A DNA stretch of 64,000 nucleotides from Cyanophyceae cyanobacterium (GCA_038321985.1 JBBQFN010000012.1:1-64000), one strand, 5' to 3'; counted from the first letter of the stretch, positions 32,991 through 44,831 are shown. Notes: generated from the sequence alone by a model not told the origin. Program-made: numbers and translations.

Positions 32991-33220
32991 TTCGTAGTAA
33001 CGACTTGCTGTCGTTTCCCCCTTTCGTAGTAACGACTTGCTGTCGTTTCCGGGTTCCATGTCACCGATTTTTGAATAAATTGTGACAACTACCAGGTTTC
33101 AAAACCCCTGGTGTTATAGCAACTTGTCCAAAATGTTCCTATTACGAACATCAGAAAGAGAACGACTGAAGTCGTTACTACGAACTCAGAGAAAAAACGA
33201 CTGAAATCGTTACTACGAAC
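32991..33220. repeat. REP-like GTAG-headed palindromic repeats: two direct plus two inverted copies
   Basis: TTCGTAGTAACGACTTGCTGTCGTTTCC at 32991 and 33023; AACGACTGAARTCGTTACTACGAAC at 33161 and 33196. Confidence 0.85.
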
Positions 33221-33230
33221 TTATGAGAAT

Positions 33231-34187
33231 TTATGAGTCTTGTAATGCTTTGAGTACCGTGTCGTGAATGGTCCCATTGCTAACTACAATGCCTTGATTG
33301 TTGATCATTTTTTTACCTTGACCAAAGGGTAAAGAATTGCCATGCATATCAGTAACGCGCCCTCCGGCTTCTTCGACGACGATCGCCCCGGCTGCATGGT
33401 CCCAGATATTCTCGCGATAGTCTGGGGTTTTGGGTGAGGGTAAGCGCATATATAATGCTGCTTGTCCCGATGCCACAATTCCATATTTAGCTTGGGAGTC
33501 CATCCGCACCGATTCGGCAGTGAATCCGACGGCTTTGGCTACGGAATTTTGTCTCGATTGGTCGCCGTGACTGGCTTCTACACTTTCTACAAACCGCATA
33601 TTTTCGACATCATCAGCGGCAACGACTCGCAGCGATCGCCAGGTTCCTCCAGAGATGGGCATCATGGTAGCCCCTTCTCCCCGGACGGCTACAAATAAGG
33701 CCCCCTCTTCTCCCGTCTCTAAAGAAAGGGCGGGACAAGCCATGACTCCAACTTTCACCTCGTTATCTTCAATTAAGGCGATCGCCACCGCATATTGATC
33801 CTGTCTCAAAAATCCTTTGGTCCCATCAATGGGGTCTAGGGTCCAAAATCTGTGCCCCACCTCGCCATTACCGCGATCAATCCAATCAGCAACCTGTTCA
33901 GGGGTGGCATCCGGGACTAGGGACCGCACATGATTCGTGACTTTGGTCAGTTGTTCGCTATTGGTCCGTAGGTCCGCTGCATCTTCTTCTCCGACTACCG
34001 AATCCTCGGGAAATGCCTCCCATAAGGCTTTGCAAATCAACGCCTGAGACCCGTAATCTGCCACGGTTACCGGGCTTTTATCGATTTTTTCCATTGCCAC
34101 GGGAATCTCCCGACGCACGTCCTGGCAGAGTTTGGCCGCGGCGATCGCCGCCTCGATGGCAACTTGTTTTTCCCGTTCGTATGACAT
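33231..34187 (-). CDS. 3'(2'),5'-bisphosphate nucleotidase (HAL2/SAL-type inositol monophosphatase family)
   Basis: SPVTVADY, GEED, WTLDPIDGTKGF, MDSQAKYG, IWDHAAG. Confidence 0.92.
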   Translation of the reverse strand: MSYEREKQVAIEAAIAAAKLCQDVRREIPVAMEKIDKSPVTVADYGSQALICKALWEAFPEDSVVGEEDAADLRTNSEQLTKVTNHVRSLVPDATPEQVADWIDRGNGEVGHRFWTLDPIDGTKGFLRQDQYAVAIALIEDNEVKVGVMACPALSLETGEEGALFVAVRGEGATMMPISGGTWRSLRVVAADDVENMRFVESVEASHGDQSRQNSVAKAVGFTAESVRMDSQAKYGIVASGQAALYMRLPSPKTPDYRENIWDHAAGAIVVEEAGGRVTDMHGNSLPFGQGKKMINNQGIVVSNGTIHDTVLKALQDS

Positions 34188-34269
34188 CCTAAACCTCTTC
34201 AAACAAATAAAGACGCGACGTCGCGTCTCTCAAAACTTTAGACCCTTGCTAGTCCAGCGTCTAGTCAGA

Positions 34270-35985
34270 TTAAACGATAAAGAGCAAAACGATTCCACCG
34301 ATGATCATCCCGCCACTCATCAAAAAGGACCAGAAGCGATGATAACTATTCACCTGGGTCTCATTCTGGGTTTCTAACTGGATCAAATCCATCCAGGGGG
34401 CCACTCCCCGTCGAAACCACCCCAAGGTATGAACCTGCATTCCGATCAGGCTTTTCACCTTCTTCATGCCAAACAGGAAATTCCCAATCGGACCAAACCG
34501 AGAGGCATAGCGCAGAAATAGCAATCCACTGGGGTCTTGTAGTTTCAAATCTGACCCGAAGCTATATCCGGCATCTCCCCGTCCAATCAGTTGGCCTTTG
34601 AGTTTAGCCGGTTTACCCCGCAATGGACTGGCGTAGGGGTCCGCCATTAAGGTGAGAATATCGGTTTCTGGGGCGCGATCAAAGTTGGGGAACATGACAA
34701 AGGTTTTCAGCAAAAGGCCGATTCCCAAGCCCAGTAATGGATAGGCGAGATACGCAAAGTTTCCTCCGGGTAGGGGTAAGGCAAACCAGGCGATCGCCCC
34801 GGCAAATAACCCAATCATTGGGGCAGTATAGAGGAATAAATCCCCGACAAAACTGCCGTATAATTTACTCTTACTCAGCGTCCGGCCTTCTCCCATAATC
34901 CGCCCCATGTCGAACTCGATGTCTAATCCCAACTGTTCGGCATAGGTACTTAAGGCGCGAACCCGCTTGCCAGTTAAAGGGTGAGTCGAGTTCAACTCCA
35001 TCCACCATCCCCAGGGATTAAACATATCCCAGAGAAAGACTCGCCCAATTTGGTCCGGTTTGCTGGAAATCCGATAGGTGGTACCTGTGGAGGTGGCGGC
35101 TTTATGGTCGTAGATGCCTAATGCCCGAGTTCCTTCCACTAACCGGCTGGGTTCTGTGGCTTTTTGCCCTTCCTCGACTAAGCCATAAGCAATTTTAACC
35201 AATGCCCGAGAGAGGGCGTTGGGGTTGCCGGTGGTTTCTGCTGCAAAGCGATCGGCATAATATTCCCGAGTTCGGGAGAGGTACAGCAGCAAATAGGTTC
35301 CTACTATGTAAAAAATGTAGGCAACCATCGCCACTTGACCGGCGATATCCTTGGCTTTTTCCCCCCCACGTCCCATCCGACGGGCAAACACATAAATCAA
35401 ATAGGTAATCTGCACTAAAGTCGAGGCGACTGTCATTACCGCAAAGTCCCAATGGACGATGTGACCCAATTCATGGGCGTACACTGTGGCCGCTTCATCA
35501 TCATCAAGATAGGTAAAGAGTCCCTCGCTGACGACTAAACGGGCGCTATTGGGGAGAGATCCATAGGTAAAGGCGGTGGGGTTTTGGTCGGCGATAATGC
35601 CTAAACGCGGTTGTTTCAGCTTGTTATCGGCACATATACGCCGGATAATTTCTGCCGACTCGGGACTCTTGCGATCGAGTTCCGTGAGGTCGATCCAGCG
35701 GGTCTTATATAGCCACTGCTGAGTTAAATCCATAATCCAAGGGGATAGGAAAAAGGCAGCGATATTAAAGACGAGGGTACCGACAATTGAGATCACTAAG
35801 CCCATCCCTGGATTCTCGCTATTGAGAATCAGGGAAACACCTAAACACAACACAAAAACCATCCCAAACATTAGGGTCATGGTCACCACTGAAGCCCAGG
35901 CGAGATTGCCTCCGACTCCAGTCATCATCAGCTTAACGCCCGTAGTACCGCTACGTCCCGCTTTCGGGAATGAGGATTCAGCCAT
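34270..35985 (-). CDS. htpX: M48-family membrane zinc metalloprotease (HtpX-like) with a C-terminal extension
   Basis: PTAFTYG, AHELGH, SRTREYYAD, STHP; several TM segments; start at MAESS preferred. Confidence 0.85.
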   Translation of the reverse strand: MAESSFPKAGRSGTTGVKLMMTGVGGNLAWASVVTMTLMFGMVFVLCLGVSLILNSENPGMGLVISIVGTLVFNIAAFFLSPWIMDLTQQWLYKTRWIDLTELDRKSPESAEIIRRICADNKLKQPRLGIIADQNPTAFTYGSLPNSARLVVSEGLFTYLDDDEAATVYAHELGHIVHWDFAVMTVASTLVQITYLIYVFARRMGRGGEKAKDIAGQVAMVAYIFYIVGTYLLLYLSRTREYYADRFAAETTGNPNALSRALVKIAYGLVEEGQKATEPSRLVEGTRALGIYDHKAATSTGTTYRISSKPDQIGRVFLWDMFNPWGWWMELNSTHPLTGKRVRALSTYAEQLGLDIEFDMGRIMGEGRTLSKSKLYGSFVGDLFLYTAPMIGLFAGAIAWFALPLPGGNFAYLAYPLLGLGIGLLLKTFVMFPNFDRAPETDILTLMADPYASPLRGKPAKLKGQLIGRGDAGYSFGSDLKLQDPSGLLFLRYASRFGPIGNFLFGMKKVKSLIGMQVHTLGWFRRGVAPWMDLIQLETQNETQVNSYHRFWSFLMSGGMIIGGIVLLFIV

Positions 35986-36353
35986 AAACACTCTCCATGT
36001 CACGATTACACAATGAACAGATTCAAAACACCCAAAGCTCAGTGATTTTGTCAAGCCTCTGGGGAAAGTTCTTTATGCTTTCTGTCATAACCTATGGTTG
36101 GGGGTTTTTGGCCTAAAACTCTACAAAAGTTAAAGAATTGGCTATAGCATGAAACAAGTTAAGACCGTTGGTTAAAGTAAAAGTCTCATCACCGTTGGGT
36201 TAAATCGGGTCTGGATAATGGGATCAGGCGTGAGGTATCCGAGGTTAATCATCCCCTCTTTTGGAAGTGCCGATCGCCCTGCCAGATTCTTTTCTCTAGG
36301 GTGGGTATGAAAAACTGGAGTCTTAACGGGAAAATCTAGGGGATAAAATTACG

Positions 36354-37685
36354 ATGACATCGATGCAAATTGGTTCGGCAAATTTAGTCACGATCGCTCA
36401 ATCTACAGCGATCGCAGCCCAGAAATTAGGGGTACTTTCAACGGAGGCCAAAAATCAGGCAATTGAGGCCGTTGCCCAATCTTTAGAAGCAGCTGCTTCG
36501 TCTATTGTCCAGGCCAACGCGGAAGATTGTGAAATCGCCCAAGGGGAAGGCATTTCTAAACCCCTTTACAACCGCTTGAAAATGGACCTGACCAAACTGG
36601 AGGCGACAATCGCCGGAGTCCGAGATGTAGGCAAACTCCCGGATCCAGTTGGGGATATCCAAATTCATCGGGAACTGGATCAAGGTTTAGTTCTCAAGCG
36701 ACTTTCTGCACCTTTAGGGGTAGTTGCTGTTATTTTTGAGGCTCGTCCCGAGGCAGCGATTCAAATTTCGGCTTTGGCAATTAAGTCAGGAAATGGCGTC
36801 ATTTTGAAAGGGGGAAAAGAAGCGAGCAATTCTTGTGGAGCAATTGTTAAAGCAATTCGGCAAGGGTTAGCACAAACCGAAGTTGATCCCGATGTGGTGC
36901 AATTGTTAACCACGAGAGAGGAAACTTTAGAGTTATTAAAGTTAGATGATTTTGTGGATTTAATTGTACCCAGAGGGTCGAATGAGTTCGTGCGCTTTGT
37001 GCAGGATAACACTCGCATTCCGGTACTGGGTCATGCGGAAGGAATTTGCCACCTGTATGTGGATGCGGGGGCCGATCTGGAGAAGGCGGTGGCGATCGCA
37101 GTGGATGCTAAAGCTCAATATCCTGCTGCTTGCAATGCGATCGAAACTTTGCTAGTCCATGAGGCAATCGCCCCAGAATTTTTGCCCCAAGTTGCCGCTT
37201 CACTGCAAGGGCGTCAGGTGCAATTGCGCCTCGATGAAAAAAGTCAGGATATCTTAAAAAATACCCCCAATCTAAAGGATTGGGAACCGGCAACCGAGGA
37301 AGACTGGAAAACTGAATACACCGACTTGATTCTCTCGATTAAAGTGGTCCATTTCCTAGAAGAGGCGATCGCGCATATTAATACTTACGGATCCGGACAT
37401 ACGGATGCGATCGTCACCGAAGAACAATCCGCCGCGGATATCTTCCTCTCCCAAGTTGCCTCTGCCGGAGTCTTCCATAATTGTTCCACCCGATTTGCCG
37501 ATGGGTTCCGCTACGGTTTCGGTGCCGAAGTTGGAATTAGTACCCAAAAAATGCCGCCCAGAGGCCCTGTTGGACTCGAAGGGTTAGTCACTTACAAATA
37601 TCAATTAGTGGGGAATGGTCAAGTCGTGGCAACCTATTCCGGCCCTGAAGCTAAACCTTTCACCCATCGCAATTTATCTGAATGA
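36354..37685 (+). CDS. proA: Gamma-glutamyl phosphate reductase
   Basis: [51 protein letters not shown]. Confidence 0.96.
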   Translation: MTSMQIGSANLVTIAQSTAIAAQKLGVLSTEAKNQAIEAVAQSLEAAASSIVQANAEDCEIAQGEGISKPLYNRLKMDLTKLEATIAGVRDVGKLPDPVGDIQIHRELDQGLVLKRLSAPLGVVAVIFEARPEAAIQISALAIKSGNGVILKGGKEASNSCGAIVKAIRQGLAQTEVDPDVVQLLTTREETLELLKLDDFVDLIVPRGSNEFVRFVQDNTRIPVLGHAEGICHLYVDAGADLEKAVAIAVDAKAQYPAACNAIETLLVHEAIAPEFLPQVAASLQGRQVQLRLDEKSQDILKNTPNLKDWEPATEEDWKTEYTDLILSIKVVHFLEEAIAHINTYGSGHTDAIVTEEQSAADIFLSQVASAGVFHNCSTRFADGFRYGFGAEVGISTQKMPPRGPVGLEGLVTYKYQLVGNGQVVATYSGPEAKPFTHRNLSE

Positions 37686-37829
37686 AGGTGAGGAAACCGT
37701 CTGGGGTAGAATTGCCCAGTCAGTCTAATAATTTTCCGCCGGTTTTGAGGAACTATTCCCTGAACCGGCTTTCCTTTTTTTGGCGATTTTTGACCCTTTC
37801 ATCCCATTCATCCCCTGGAGGGAATGCGC

Positions 37830-38285
37830 TCATTTTTTGGCCTGCGTTGGGGCATTGTTTTTGTTAATATACTGATAGGTTAAATCATCAACGGTCCAAA
37901 CTTTATTTTGTTTAACCAGCTTCATTTGCACCGGAACTTCTCGACCATTTTTAGAAATAACGGTGACATCAAGACAGTGAACATTATCCTCGGTGGTGGG
38001 AATTGACATGGTAGTGCGCTGATACTGATTCAGTTTGTGGGTTTTGATGAACTTAGCAAATTGTTGTTTAGAGGTTTTCGCTTTAAAGCGATCGGTGGTG
38101 GACTGATACGCCCCAGTGACATCCCCTTGGGCAATTTGGGCAAAAAAAGCACTGATCGCCTGGGGTAACCCTTTCGTTTTGGAAAAAATAATCAGGGAAA
38201 CACTAATCCAAATCAGGACGATTCCCCCGACGATTACACCCAATCCAATTCCGGCATACGATAACCAAGGTTGCAACGATTCCAC
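37830..38285 (-). CDS. Hypothetical membrane-anchored protein (NTF2-like/DUF4864-like)
   Basis: N-terminal TM helix followed by FFAQIAQGDVTGAY...WTVD. Confidence 0.6.
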   Translation of the reverse strand: MESLQPWLSYAGIGLGVIVGGIVLIWISVSLIIFSKTKGLPQAISAFFAQIAQGDVTGAYQSTTDRFKAKTSKQQFAKFIKTHKLNQYQRTTMSIPTTEDNVHCLDVTVISKNGREVPVQMKLVKQNKVWTVDDLTYQYINKNNAPTQAKK

Positions 38286-38646
38286 AGCGCTCTCCTAAAA
38301 GGACCGATAAAATGACAAAACAAATAATTTTGTCAAGGTTTTGAGGGATAACCTCTGTCTGGTCTTACCATAAAAAAGCCCCTAGAGCAAGGGTTCCAGC
38401 TTAAGGGTCGGGGGTCTGGGTGGATTGGGGAGACTGGGTGTAGCTGCAAAAATTACCCCCAACTTCAAAGTACCCAATCCAGAAATCTTCCGGATTTTTT
38501 GGGCGGAGTCAGTACAGTGGATATTAGGGCGAAGGAACAGAATAATCCGCAAAGGAAAAAGAGAATCGGCAACCCCACCGAGAGGGGGTAAAATCTCTTA
38601 ACCCTTTTACCCCTTATCCCCAATTCAAATATCAGGAGAAGTTACG

Positions 38647-39648
38647 ATGACCTATCGGATACTGAGCATCGATGGTGGCGGAATTCGTGGTGTATTAGCC
38701 GCCCGAATGTTACAACGGATAGAAGAACGACTTGAGTTGCCGTTAAGAGAGCATTTTGATTTAATTGCGGGTACTTCCACGGGATCGATGGTGGGTGCAG
38801 CGATCGCAATGGGGATTCCCTGCTCGGAAATTGTCCAAATGTATCGGAAAAAATCTAAAAAAGTCTTTCCCTACAAAAGCCGATGGACGCTAAAGCGACT
38901 ACCCTTAATCCTCAAGTATGGCCCTTCTTCTCCTAAGTTTTCAGAAGCGGGACTGGTCCGAATGCTCAAAGATTTATTGGGCAATAAACGCTTGTCCGAT
39001 ATTAAAGCCGTCAAGCTTTTAATTACTAGCTACGATACCATTGGCCGATCGCCAATCATTTTTAAAAGCTGGAAAGACAAATTTGCTAAGGTTCCTGTGT
39101 GGGAAGCCTGCCTCTGTTCTGCTTCTGCTCCCACCTTCTTTCCGGCACACCGATTACAGATAGAGGGTGAGATTCTCTCGGCCATTGATGGCGGTTTAGC
39201 AGCTAATAATCCAACCGCCTGTGCTGTAGCTGAAGCGATTCGCCTTGGTCATCGCCTAGAAGATTTGGAAGTGATCTCTATTGGTACAGGTGCGGCAACT
39301 CGTGTGATTCCCTGGGAACAAGCCCGGTCTTGGGGAACTCTCCAATGGATTTGGGGCGGTCGTGTGGTTAAAGTCATGACCGATGCACCTTGTGAAGTTT
39401 ATCATTACATCACGGATTATGTGATTGGGGATAAATCTCGCTACGCCCGTTTGCAATTTCCCCTCGATCGCCGGTTAATTCATAAGCCCTTGAGCGATGA
39501 TATGGACGATGCCAGCGATCAGAATATCAACAATTTAATTGAAGCGGCTGATGCTTACATGAATTTGGTTGAAGTTGTGGAATGTTTGGATGTGTGTTTG
39601 AGGAAAGTGACGCCTCAAATTCAGATTAAGGAACCAAATAGACGGTAA
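38647..39648 (+). CDS. Patatin-like phospholipase
   Basis: DGGGIRG, GTSTG nucleophile elbow, SAPTFF, DGG; AGGAG RBS. Confidence 0.93.
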   Translation: MTYRILSIDGGGIRGVLAARMLQRIEERLELPLREHFDLIAGTSTGSMVGAAIAMGIPCSEIVQMYRKKSKKVFPYKSRWTLKRLPLILKYGPSSPKFSEAGLVRMLKDLLGNKRLSDIKAVKLLITSYDTIGRSPIIFKSWKDKFAKVPVWEACLCSASAPTFFPAHRLQIEGEILSAIDGGLAANNPTACAVAEAIRLGHRLEDLEVISIGTGAATRVIPWEQARSWGTLQWIWGGRVVKVMTDAPCEVYHYITDYVIGDKSRYARLQFPLDRRLIHKPLSDDMDDASDQNINNLIEAADAYMNLVEVVECLDVCLRKVTPQIQIKEPNRR

Positions 39649-40015
39649 TTTTCATCGGGATTCAGCTTAGCAAGACTTGGGAATTACCCTTAGAGAGGGG
39701 AGGGGCAATTTATGAATTCTCCCTCCCAGGGAAATCCCCGAAAGGGTGGAAGTTCTGATTCTAAATCCTGGCGATCGCCGTTAACTTGGGCTAATTCAGC
39801 CATCCAATACCGACCCATCGTACCTCCCTTTCCAGGGAAAAATTAGCTATAAAAAAACTCCTGACCTTTTCATCTTTGGTCAAGGAGAAATGGAGCGGGA
39901 GGAGTTTCGATACTCGCACCCTTATAGGAGGGTGAACTCAGCGATCGCCGGACCATTATAAAGCGGGAACCTTTGAGATCCAAAACCCCCACTCAACGAT
40001 TTAGGAATCGGCCCT

Positions 40016-40843
40016 TTAACCGAAGCGTCCGCTCACATACTCCTGAGTTGATTCTTGCTTGGGATTTTGAAAAATATTTTCTGTTTTGTCAAACTCAACG
40101 AGATATCCAAATCGCTTCCCGTCTTCTGTCGCGTCTGCGTTAAAAAAGGCGGTATAATCGCAAGAGCGCGAGGCTTGCTGCATATTGTGGGTAACGATGA
40201 CAATGGTGTAGTTTTCCTTGAGTTCCTGCATTAACTCTTCGACTTTCATGGTGGAGATGGGGTCGAGGGAGGCGCAGGGTTCGTCCATGAGTACAATTTC
40301 TGGATTAATGGAGATCGCCCGTGCAATGCACAACCGTTGTTGCTGACCGCCAGATAAAGATAAACCATTCGACTTTAACTTGTCTTTGACTTCATCCCAT
40401 AACGCCGCGCGGCGCAACGAGGTTTCTACTAATTCATCTAAGTTCCCTTTATAGCCATTGACTCGCGCACCATAGGCGATATTGTCGTAAATAGATTTTG
40501 GGAAAGGATTGGGTTTTTGAAATACCATCCCGATCCGTCGTCGGACCTCTACGGGGTCGATTTTTTTATCATAGAGGTCTTGGTTGTAGTAGGAACATTT
40601 TCCCTGAATCCGAAATCCATTAATCAAATCGTTGAGACGGTTGAAGCAACGGAGTAATGTACTTTTCCCGCATCCGGAAGGCCCAATAAACCCGGTAATT
40701 TGTTGTTTGGGAATATTTAGATTCACCCCTTTGAGGGCTAGAGTATTTCCGTAATAAGCGTTCAGATTTTCGGTTCGCAGAATGGCTTCTGTTTGGGGTT
40801 CAGTTTGGTAATGAGAATGGGCTGTGTGCTGATCGAAAGGCAT
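40016..40843 (-). CDS. pstB: Phosphate ABC transporter ATP-binding protein
   Basis: [32 protein letters not shown] at 40843. Confidence 0.95.
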   Translation of the reverse strand: MPFDQHTAHSHYQTEPQTEAILRTENLNAYYGNTLALKGVNLNIPKQQITGFIGPSGCGKSTLLRCFNRLNDLINGFRIQGKCSYYNQDLYDKKIDPVEVRRRIGMVFQKPNPFPKSIYDNIAYGARVNGYKGNLDELVETSLRRAALWDEVKDKLKSNGLSLSGGQQQRLCIARAISINPEIVLMDEPCASLDPISTMKVEELMQELKENYTIVIVTHNMQQASRSCDYTAFFNADATEDGKRFGYLVEFDKTENIFQNPKQESTQEYVSGRFG

Positions 40844-41148
40844 AAATTCACCTTGATTTTTACTGGATATTTCAATTTCAAGGCAGCTGTGTTTCTCACT
40901 TTCATGGAATTGCTCGCCAACAGCCTGCTGACAAACTCCTAAAACCAAACCGCTCTCATCCCCTAACTAGAGTTACAGCAGATCGGAAGTGAAATTTTCA
41001 CAGGTCGTGGGTGCGATCGCACTCATCACAACTGCTTTGTTGATTGTTCTACACTGGAAAAAAATTAAACTTTGACAATCCTACCCTCAAGCAGAACGCT
41101 GTATTCTATCATACAGTTTTCTGAACTTTTAGCGTGAAAGCATTTTCC

Positions 41149-42054
41149 TTAATAAATGCTCCTACGAGTGGCCCAGCGAGCCAAAATACTGGTTATTAGA
41201 ACCAACAACACTAAAATTAATGAGGCAGCCCAGGCTAGTTCTTGTTGACTGGCGTAGGGAACTGCTGCAAAGTTATAAACCAAAACCGCTAGAGAAGGGG
41301 CCGGTTCAAACAAGCCTTGAGGCCAGAAGAAGGTAAACAGGGCCGTGAAAATTAAGGGAGCCGTTTCCCCGGCGGCCCGAGCGATCGCCAAGGTTAGCCC
41401 GGTGATAATCGCCGGTAATGCTGCGGGTAAGACTACCCGCAAGACGGTTTGATAGTCAGAGGCTCCCACTCCCACCGAGGCCCATCGTACCTCGGGGGGA
41501 ACGATTTGCAGGGCTTCATCTGTGGTTCTGACGACAATCGGTAACATTAAGACTGAAAGGGCAACCCCCCCGGCAAAAGCGGAGAACTGCTTCGTTGTTA
41601 ATACAATGATACCGTAGGCAAAAATTCCGACAATAATCGAGGGAACTCCACTCAGGACATTTGTGGCAAAGCGAATCCACCGGGCGACGTGATTGGAACT
41701 GAACTCGGACAAGTAAACTGCCCCGAAAACCCCAATTGGAACACTAATGGCAACAGCGATCCCCACCATAATCAGCGTACCGGCGATCGCATTGGCAATC
41801 CCGCCCCCTTGCATCCCAGCAGAAGGGGGAAGTTGCGTAAACAAGTCTAAATTCAGGCGGTTAAACCCTTTGATCGTCACATAAATAATCACCGCAAATA
41901 ACGGTATCAGGGTAATAACTAAACAGGCACCGGATAACAAGGTCATCACCCAGACAAACAGCGATCGCGGACTTTTATAGTTCCGCATTAGCTGCTGCCC
42001 ATCTACGTTCGAGTTGTTCCAATTGTCGGTATGGCTTAGAGAAGGTTGGGACAT
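41149..42054 (-). CDS. pstA: Phosphate ABC transporter permease PstA
   Basis: GVPSIIVG, ARAAGETAPL. Confidence 0.95.
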   Translation of the reverse strand: MSQPSLSHTDNWNNSNVDGQQLMRNYKSPRSLFVWVMTLLSGACLVITLIPLFAVIIYVTIKGFNRLNLDLFTQLPPSAGMQGGGIANAIAGTLIMVGIAVAISVPIGVFGAVYLSEFSSNHVARWIRFATNVLSGVPSIIVGIFAYGIIVLTTKQFSAFAGGVALSVLMLPIVVRTTDEALQIVPPEVRWASVGVGASDYQTVLRVVLPAALPAIITGLTLAIARAAGETAPLIFTALFTFFWPQGLFEPAPSLAVLVYNFAAVPYASQQELAWAASLILVLLVLITSILARWATRRSIY

Positions 42055-42228
42055 ATCAGGCTGGGTATTTCACCCTTAAAAAACAGCAGGGGTCATCAAC
42101 TGAGGGTCTCTCTCTATCTAGAGGGTATAGACAAAAAACCGGATTCCTATCCCTAATTGGTTATATATAAAATTAAAGATTCTGTAAAGAAATAAAGAAC
42201 CCCGGCTTCTAACCTCTATACCCATACC

Positions 42229-43185
42229 CTAAAATTTCTTGACTTGCCGAACGATTAACTCGGCACAAACATTGACCACTAAGGTGAGCAAGAATAAAAC
42301 CAACCCTGCATACATCAAAGCAGAAATTTGCAAGCCTGAAGCTTCGGCAAACTGATTCGCCAACAGCGAGGCGATCGTATTCGCTGGAGCCAACAGAGAG
42401 AATTTCAGGTCGTTAGAATTCCCAATAATCATGGTAACCGCCATCGTTTCTCCCATGGCGCGGCCCAATCCCAACATGATCCCGCCCACAATCCCAGAAA
42501 AAGCAGCCGGAATCAACACTCGAATAATGGTTTCCCAGCGCGTGGCCCCCAAACCCAGAGACGCTTGCCGCAAATCAGGTGGAAGGGACACCAACGAGTC
42601 CCGCGAGATTGCGGTAATAATCGGCAAAATCATAATCGTTAAAATGATCCCAGCCGGTAACATTCCCGGTCCTACTGGACTCGTAGAAAAAATGGGCAGA
42701 AATCCTACTGTCTTGTGCAGAAAAATTCCGATGGGTTGCAGCAGAGGAATCAGTACGAAAATCCCCCATAGCCCATATACCACGCTGGGAATGGCAGCTA
42801 GCAGTTCCACCATAAACACCAGAACTGTCTGGGCTGATTTAGGGAGAAAATCTTCACTCAAAAAGATCGCTGTCCCCACTCCCAGGGGAATCGCTAAAAG
42901 TAGGGCGATCGCCGAAGAAACGAGAGTCCCATAAATCATCGGCAGGACCCCATACTCATCCCGTACCGGATTCCAGGAACTCGACCCCAAAAAATTCAAT
43001 CCAAAGGCTCGGATCGCAGGAATGGCTTCGATCGCCACCTGGAGCGCCATCCAGACTAAAATACCGGCAATGGAAAACGCAAAAATACGCGTGAGCCAGA
43101 AAAAGCCCTTATCCATCACTCGCTCGGTTTGTAGGCGAGGCTGGATGGCTCTTTTCTGACCCAGATTTTCAGCTTCTCTAATCAT
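42229..43185 (-). CDS. pstC: Phosphate ABC transporter permease PstC
   Basis: AIPSVVYGLWG, GRAMGETMAV. Confidence 0.95.
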   Translation of the reverse strand: MIREAENLGQKRAIQPRLQTERVMDKGFFWLTRIFAFSIAGILVWMALQVAIEAIPAIRAFGLNFLGSSSWNPVRDEYGVLPMIYGTLVSSAIALLLAIPLGVGTAIFLSEDFLPKSAQTVLVFMVELLAAIPSVVYGLWGIFVLIPLLQPIGIFLHKTVGFLPIFSTSPVGPGMLPAGIILTIMILPIITAISRDSLVSLPPDLRQASLGLGATRWETIIRVLIPAAFSGIVGGIMLGLGRAMGETMAVTMIIGNSNDLKFSLLAPANTIASLLANQFAEASGLQISALMYAGLVLFLLTLVVNVCAELIVRQVKKF

Positions 43186-43307
43186 TCTTAAAATAAATTC
43201 AGCTACTCTATCTGACTGCTCATAGAAGACATCGAAGCATAAAAGTCTGGAACGATAGCAAGCAGTTCAGTCCGCTTGCTATCTCCTTCAATCCCAAGAC
43301 TTTACTG

Positions 43308-44444
43308 CTATGGTGTTACTTCAATCTCGTACTCGGGGCTAATTGCATTTGCTTTTTCAGCTACTTTTTGTCTGACATTGAGAGGGAGCGGAACATAACC
43401 CAATTCGGGGGCTACCTTTTGACCTTCATTCAAGCCATACTCGATCGCCGCTGAGAGGGCTTGAGCTTTTTGGGGATCGGAATAGTCTTGATAAGCCAGC
43501 AGCCAAGTATAACTAACAATTGGATAAGATTCTGCGCCCTCGGGATCAGAGATGAACGCCCGTAAATTATCTGGGAGTTCTACTGCTGAAAGGGTTTTAC
43601 TTGCTGCCTCATCGCTGGGTACAACGAAGGTGCCTGCTTTATTTTCTAAAGCCGCCATGTTGATATTGTTGTTCTTAGCGTAGCCATACTCCACATACCC
43701 GATTGCACCGGCTGTTTGTTGGATAGAAGCGGTGACTCCTTCGTTACCTTTCGAGCCAATGCCCGTCGGCCACTCAACCGTGGTCCCTTCACCGACTTGT
43801 TCTTTCCACTTGGGACTAATCGCAGATAAATGTTTGGTGAAAACTCCAGTGGTACCACTTCCATCAGAACGATAAACCACAGAGATCGGCTGATCGGGTA
43901 GAGTTACACCTGGATTAGCTTCGATAATACGCGGGTCATTCCATTGGGTAATCTCACCCATCAGAATATCCACATACACTTCCCGAGAAAGCCGCAATCC
44001 TGTTTCCACTCCAGGTAAATTATAAGCCAAGACGATGCCACCTGCGGTCATGGGTAGCATCAGCACCTCCCGGTTCATGGTTTGGATTTCTTCATCCTTC
44101 ATAGCAACGTCGCTGGCACCAAAGTCTACGGTGCCTTCCATAAACTGCTTGATGCCAGCACCACTACCGACAGACTGATAATTGACCCGGACTTGGGAAT
44201 TTTTTTGATTAAATTCTTGAAACCACCGTTGGTAAATCGGCGCGGGGAAACTAGCTCCGGCACCTGTTAAGCTAACGGTTCCGGTTAAGGCGAGTTTGCC
44301 GGTATCAGCAGGGGCTACATTGCCCTCTGGTGCGGTGGCGTTGTCCGCAGTAGGTCCCTGGCAAGCCCCGACTCCAAAGGTCAGTGCAATAACAGACAGG
44401 GAGAAGGCCATTCGAGCGGGTTTGATGGGATTGGGTAAACGCAT
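43308..44444 (-). CDS. pstS: Phosphate ABC transporter substrate-binding lipoprotein (E. coli PstS-like type)
   Basis: Lipobox VGAC, GAGASFPAP, YQSVGSGAG, DFGASD, RSDGSGTT. Confidence 0.95.
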   Translation of the reverse strand: MRLPNPIKPARMAFSLSVIALTFGVGACQGPTADNATAPEGNVAPADTGKLALTGTVSLTGAGASFPAPIYQRWFQEFNQKNSQVRVNYQSVGSGAGIKQFMEGTVDFGASDVAMKDEEIQTMNREVLMLPMTAGGIVLAYNLPGVETGLRLSREVYVDILMGEITQWNDPRIIEANPGVTLPDQPISVVYRSDGSGTTGVFTKHLSAISPKWKEQVGEGTTVEWPTGIGSKGNEGVTASIQQTAGAIGYVEYGYAKNNNINMAALENKAGTFVVPSDEAASKTLSAVELPDNLRAFISDPEGAESYPIVSYTWLLAYQDYSDPQKAQALSAAIEYGLNEGQKVAPELGYVPLPLNVRQKVAEKANAISPEYEIEVTP

Positions 44445-44490
44445 GATGTGAATGGGTAAGTTTTGGGTTTTTTATGACTCTGACGATTGC

Positions 44491-44534
44491 AGAATACCGC
44501 TTTAGGGTAAAGATTGGGTTAATAGGTGTTAAAG
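44491..44534 (-). promoter_or_regulatory. Candidate Pho boxes plus -10 element of the pstSCAB promoter
   Basis: Minus strand CTTTAACA, ATTAACCC and CTTTACCC at an 11-nt period, followed by TATTCT. Confidence 0.7.
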
Positions 44535-44831
44535 TCTCTCCCTTAAAAATCTTCCCCTCGGGCTGGCAATTCTATCTTATTCCTCTGCCCACAGGGTTTT
44601 GAGGTGGAAAACGTAGCAAATTTGACAACAAATTGGGTAAATCAATGATTCAGGGGGCCATCCTGCTCTGATTCACGATAAAACCGCCGTCAGTCCCCGC
44701 ACCAAAACACCAGGGAGGGCTATCAGGTACTCACCTGTGAGGTACCCACAAGGGAAAAAAAGCGATCGCCCCTCTTTTCTCAACCTGTGCGATCGCCTCT
44801 ATTCATTTCCCCACTCTCCCCCTGGATTCCC

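Noticed and set aside
32991..33220. Possible CRISPR array
   Set aside because: Only two direct copies 4 nt apart, the others inverted; no unique spacers and no cas genes.
38647..39648. CBASS-type phospholipase effector
   Set aside because: No nucleotidyltransferase or other defence gene adjacent; HIP1-containing, host-like sequence.
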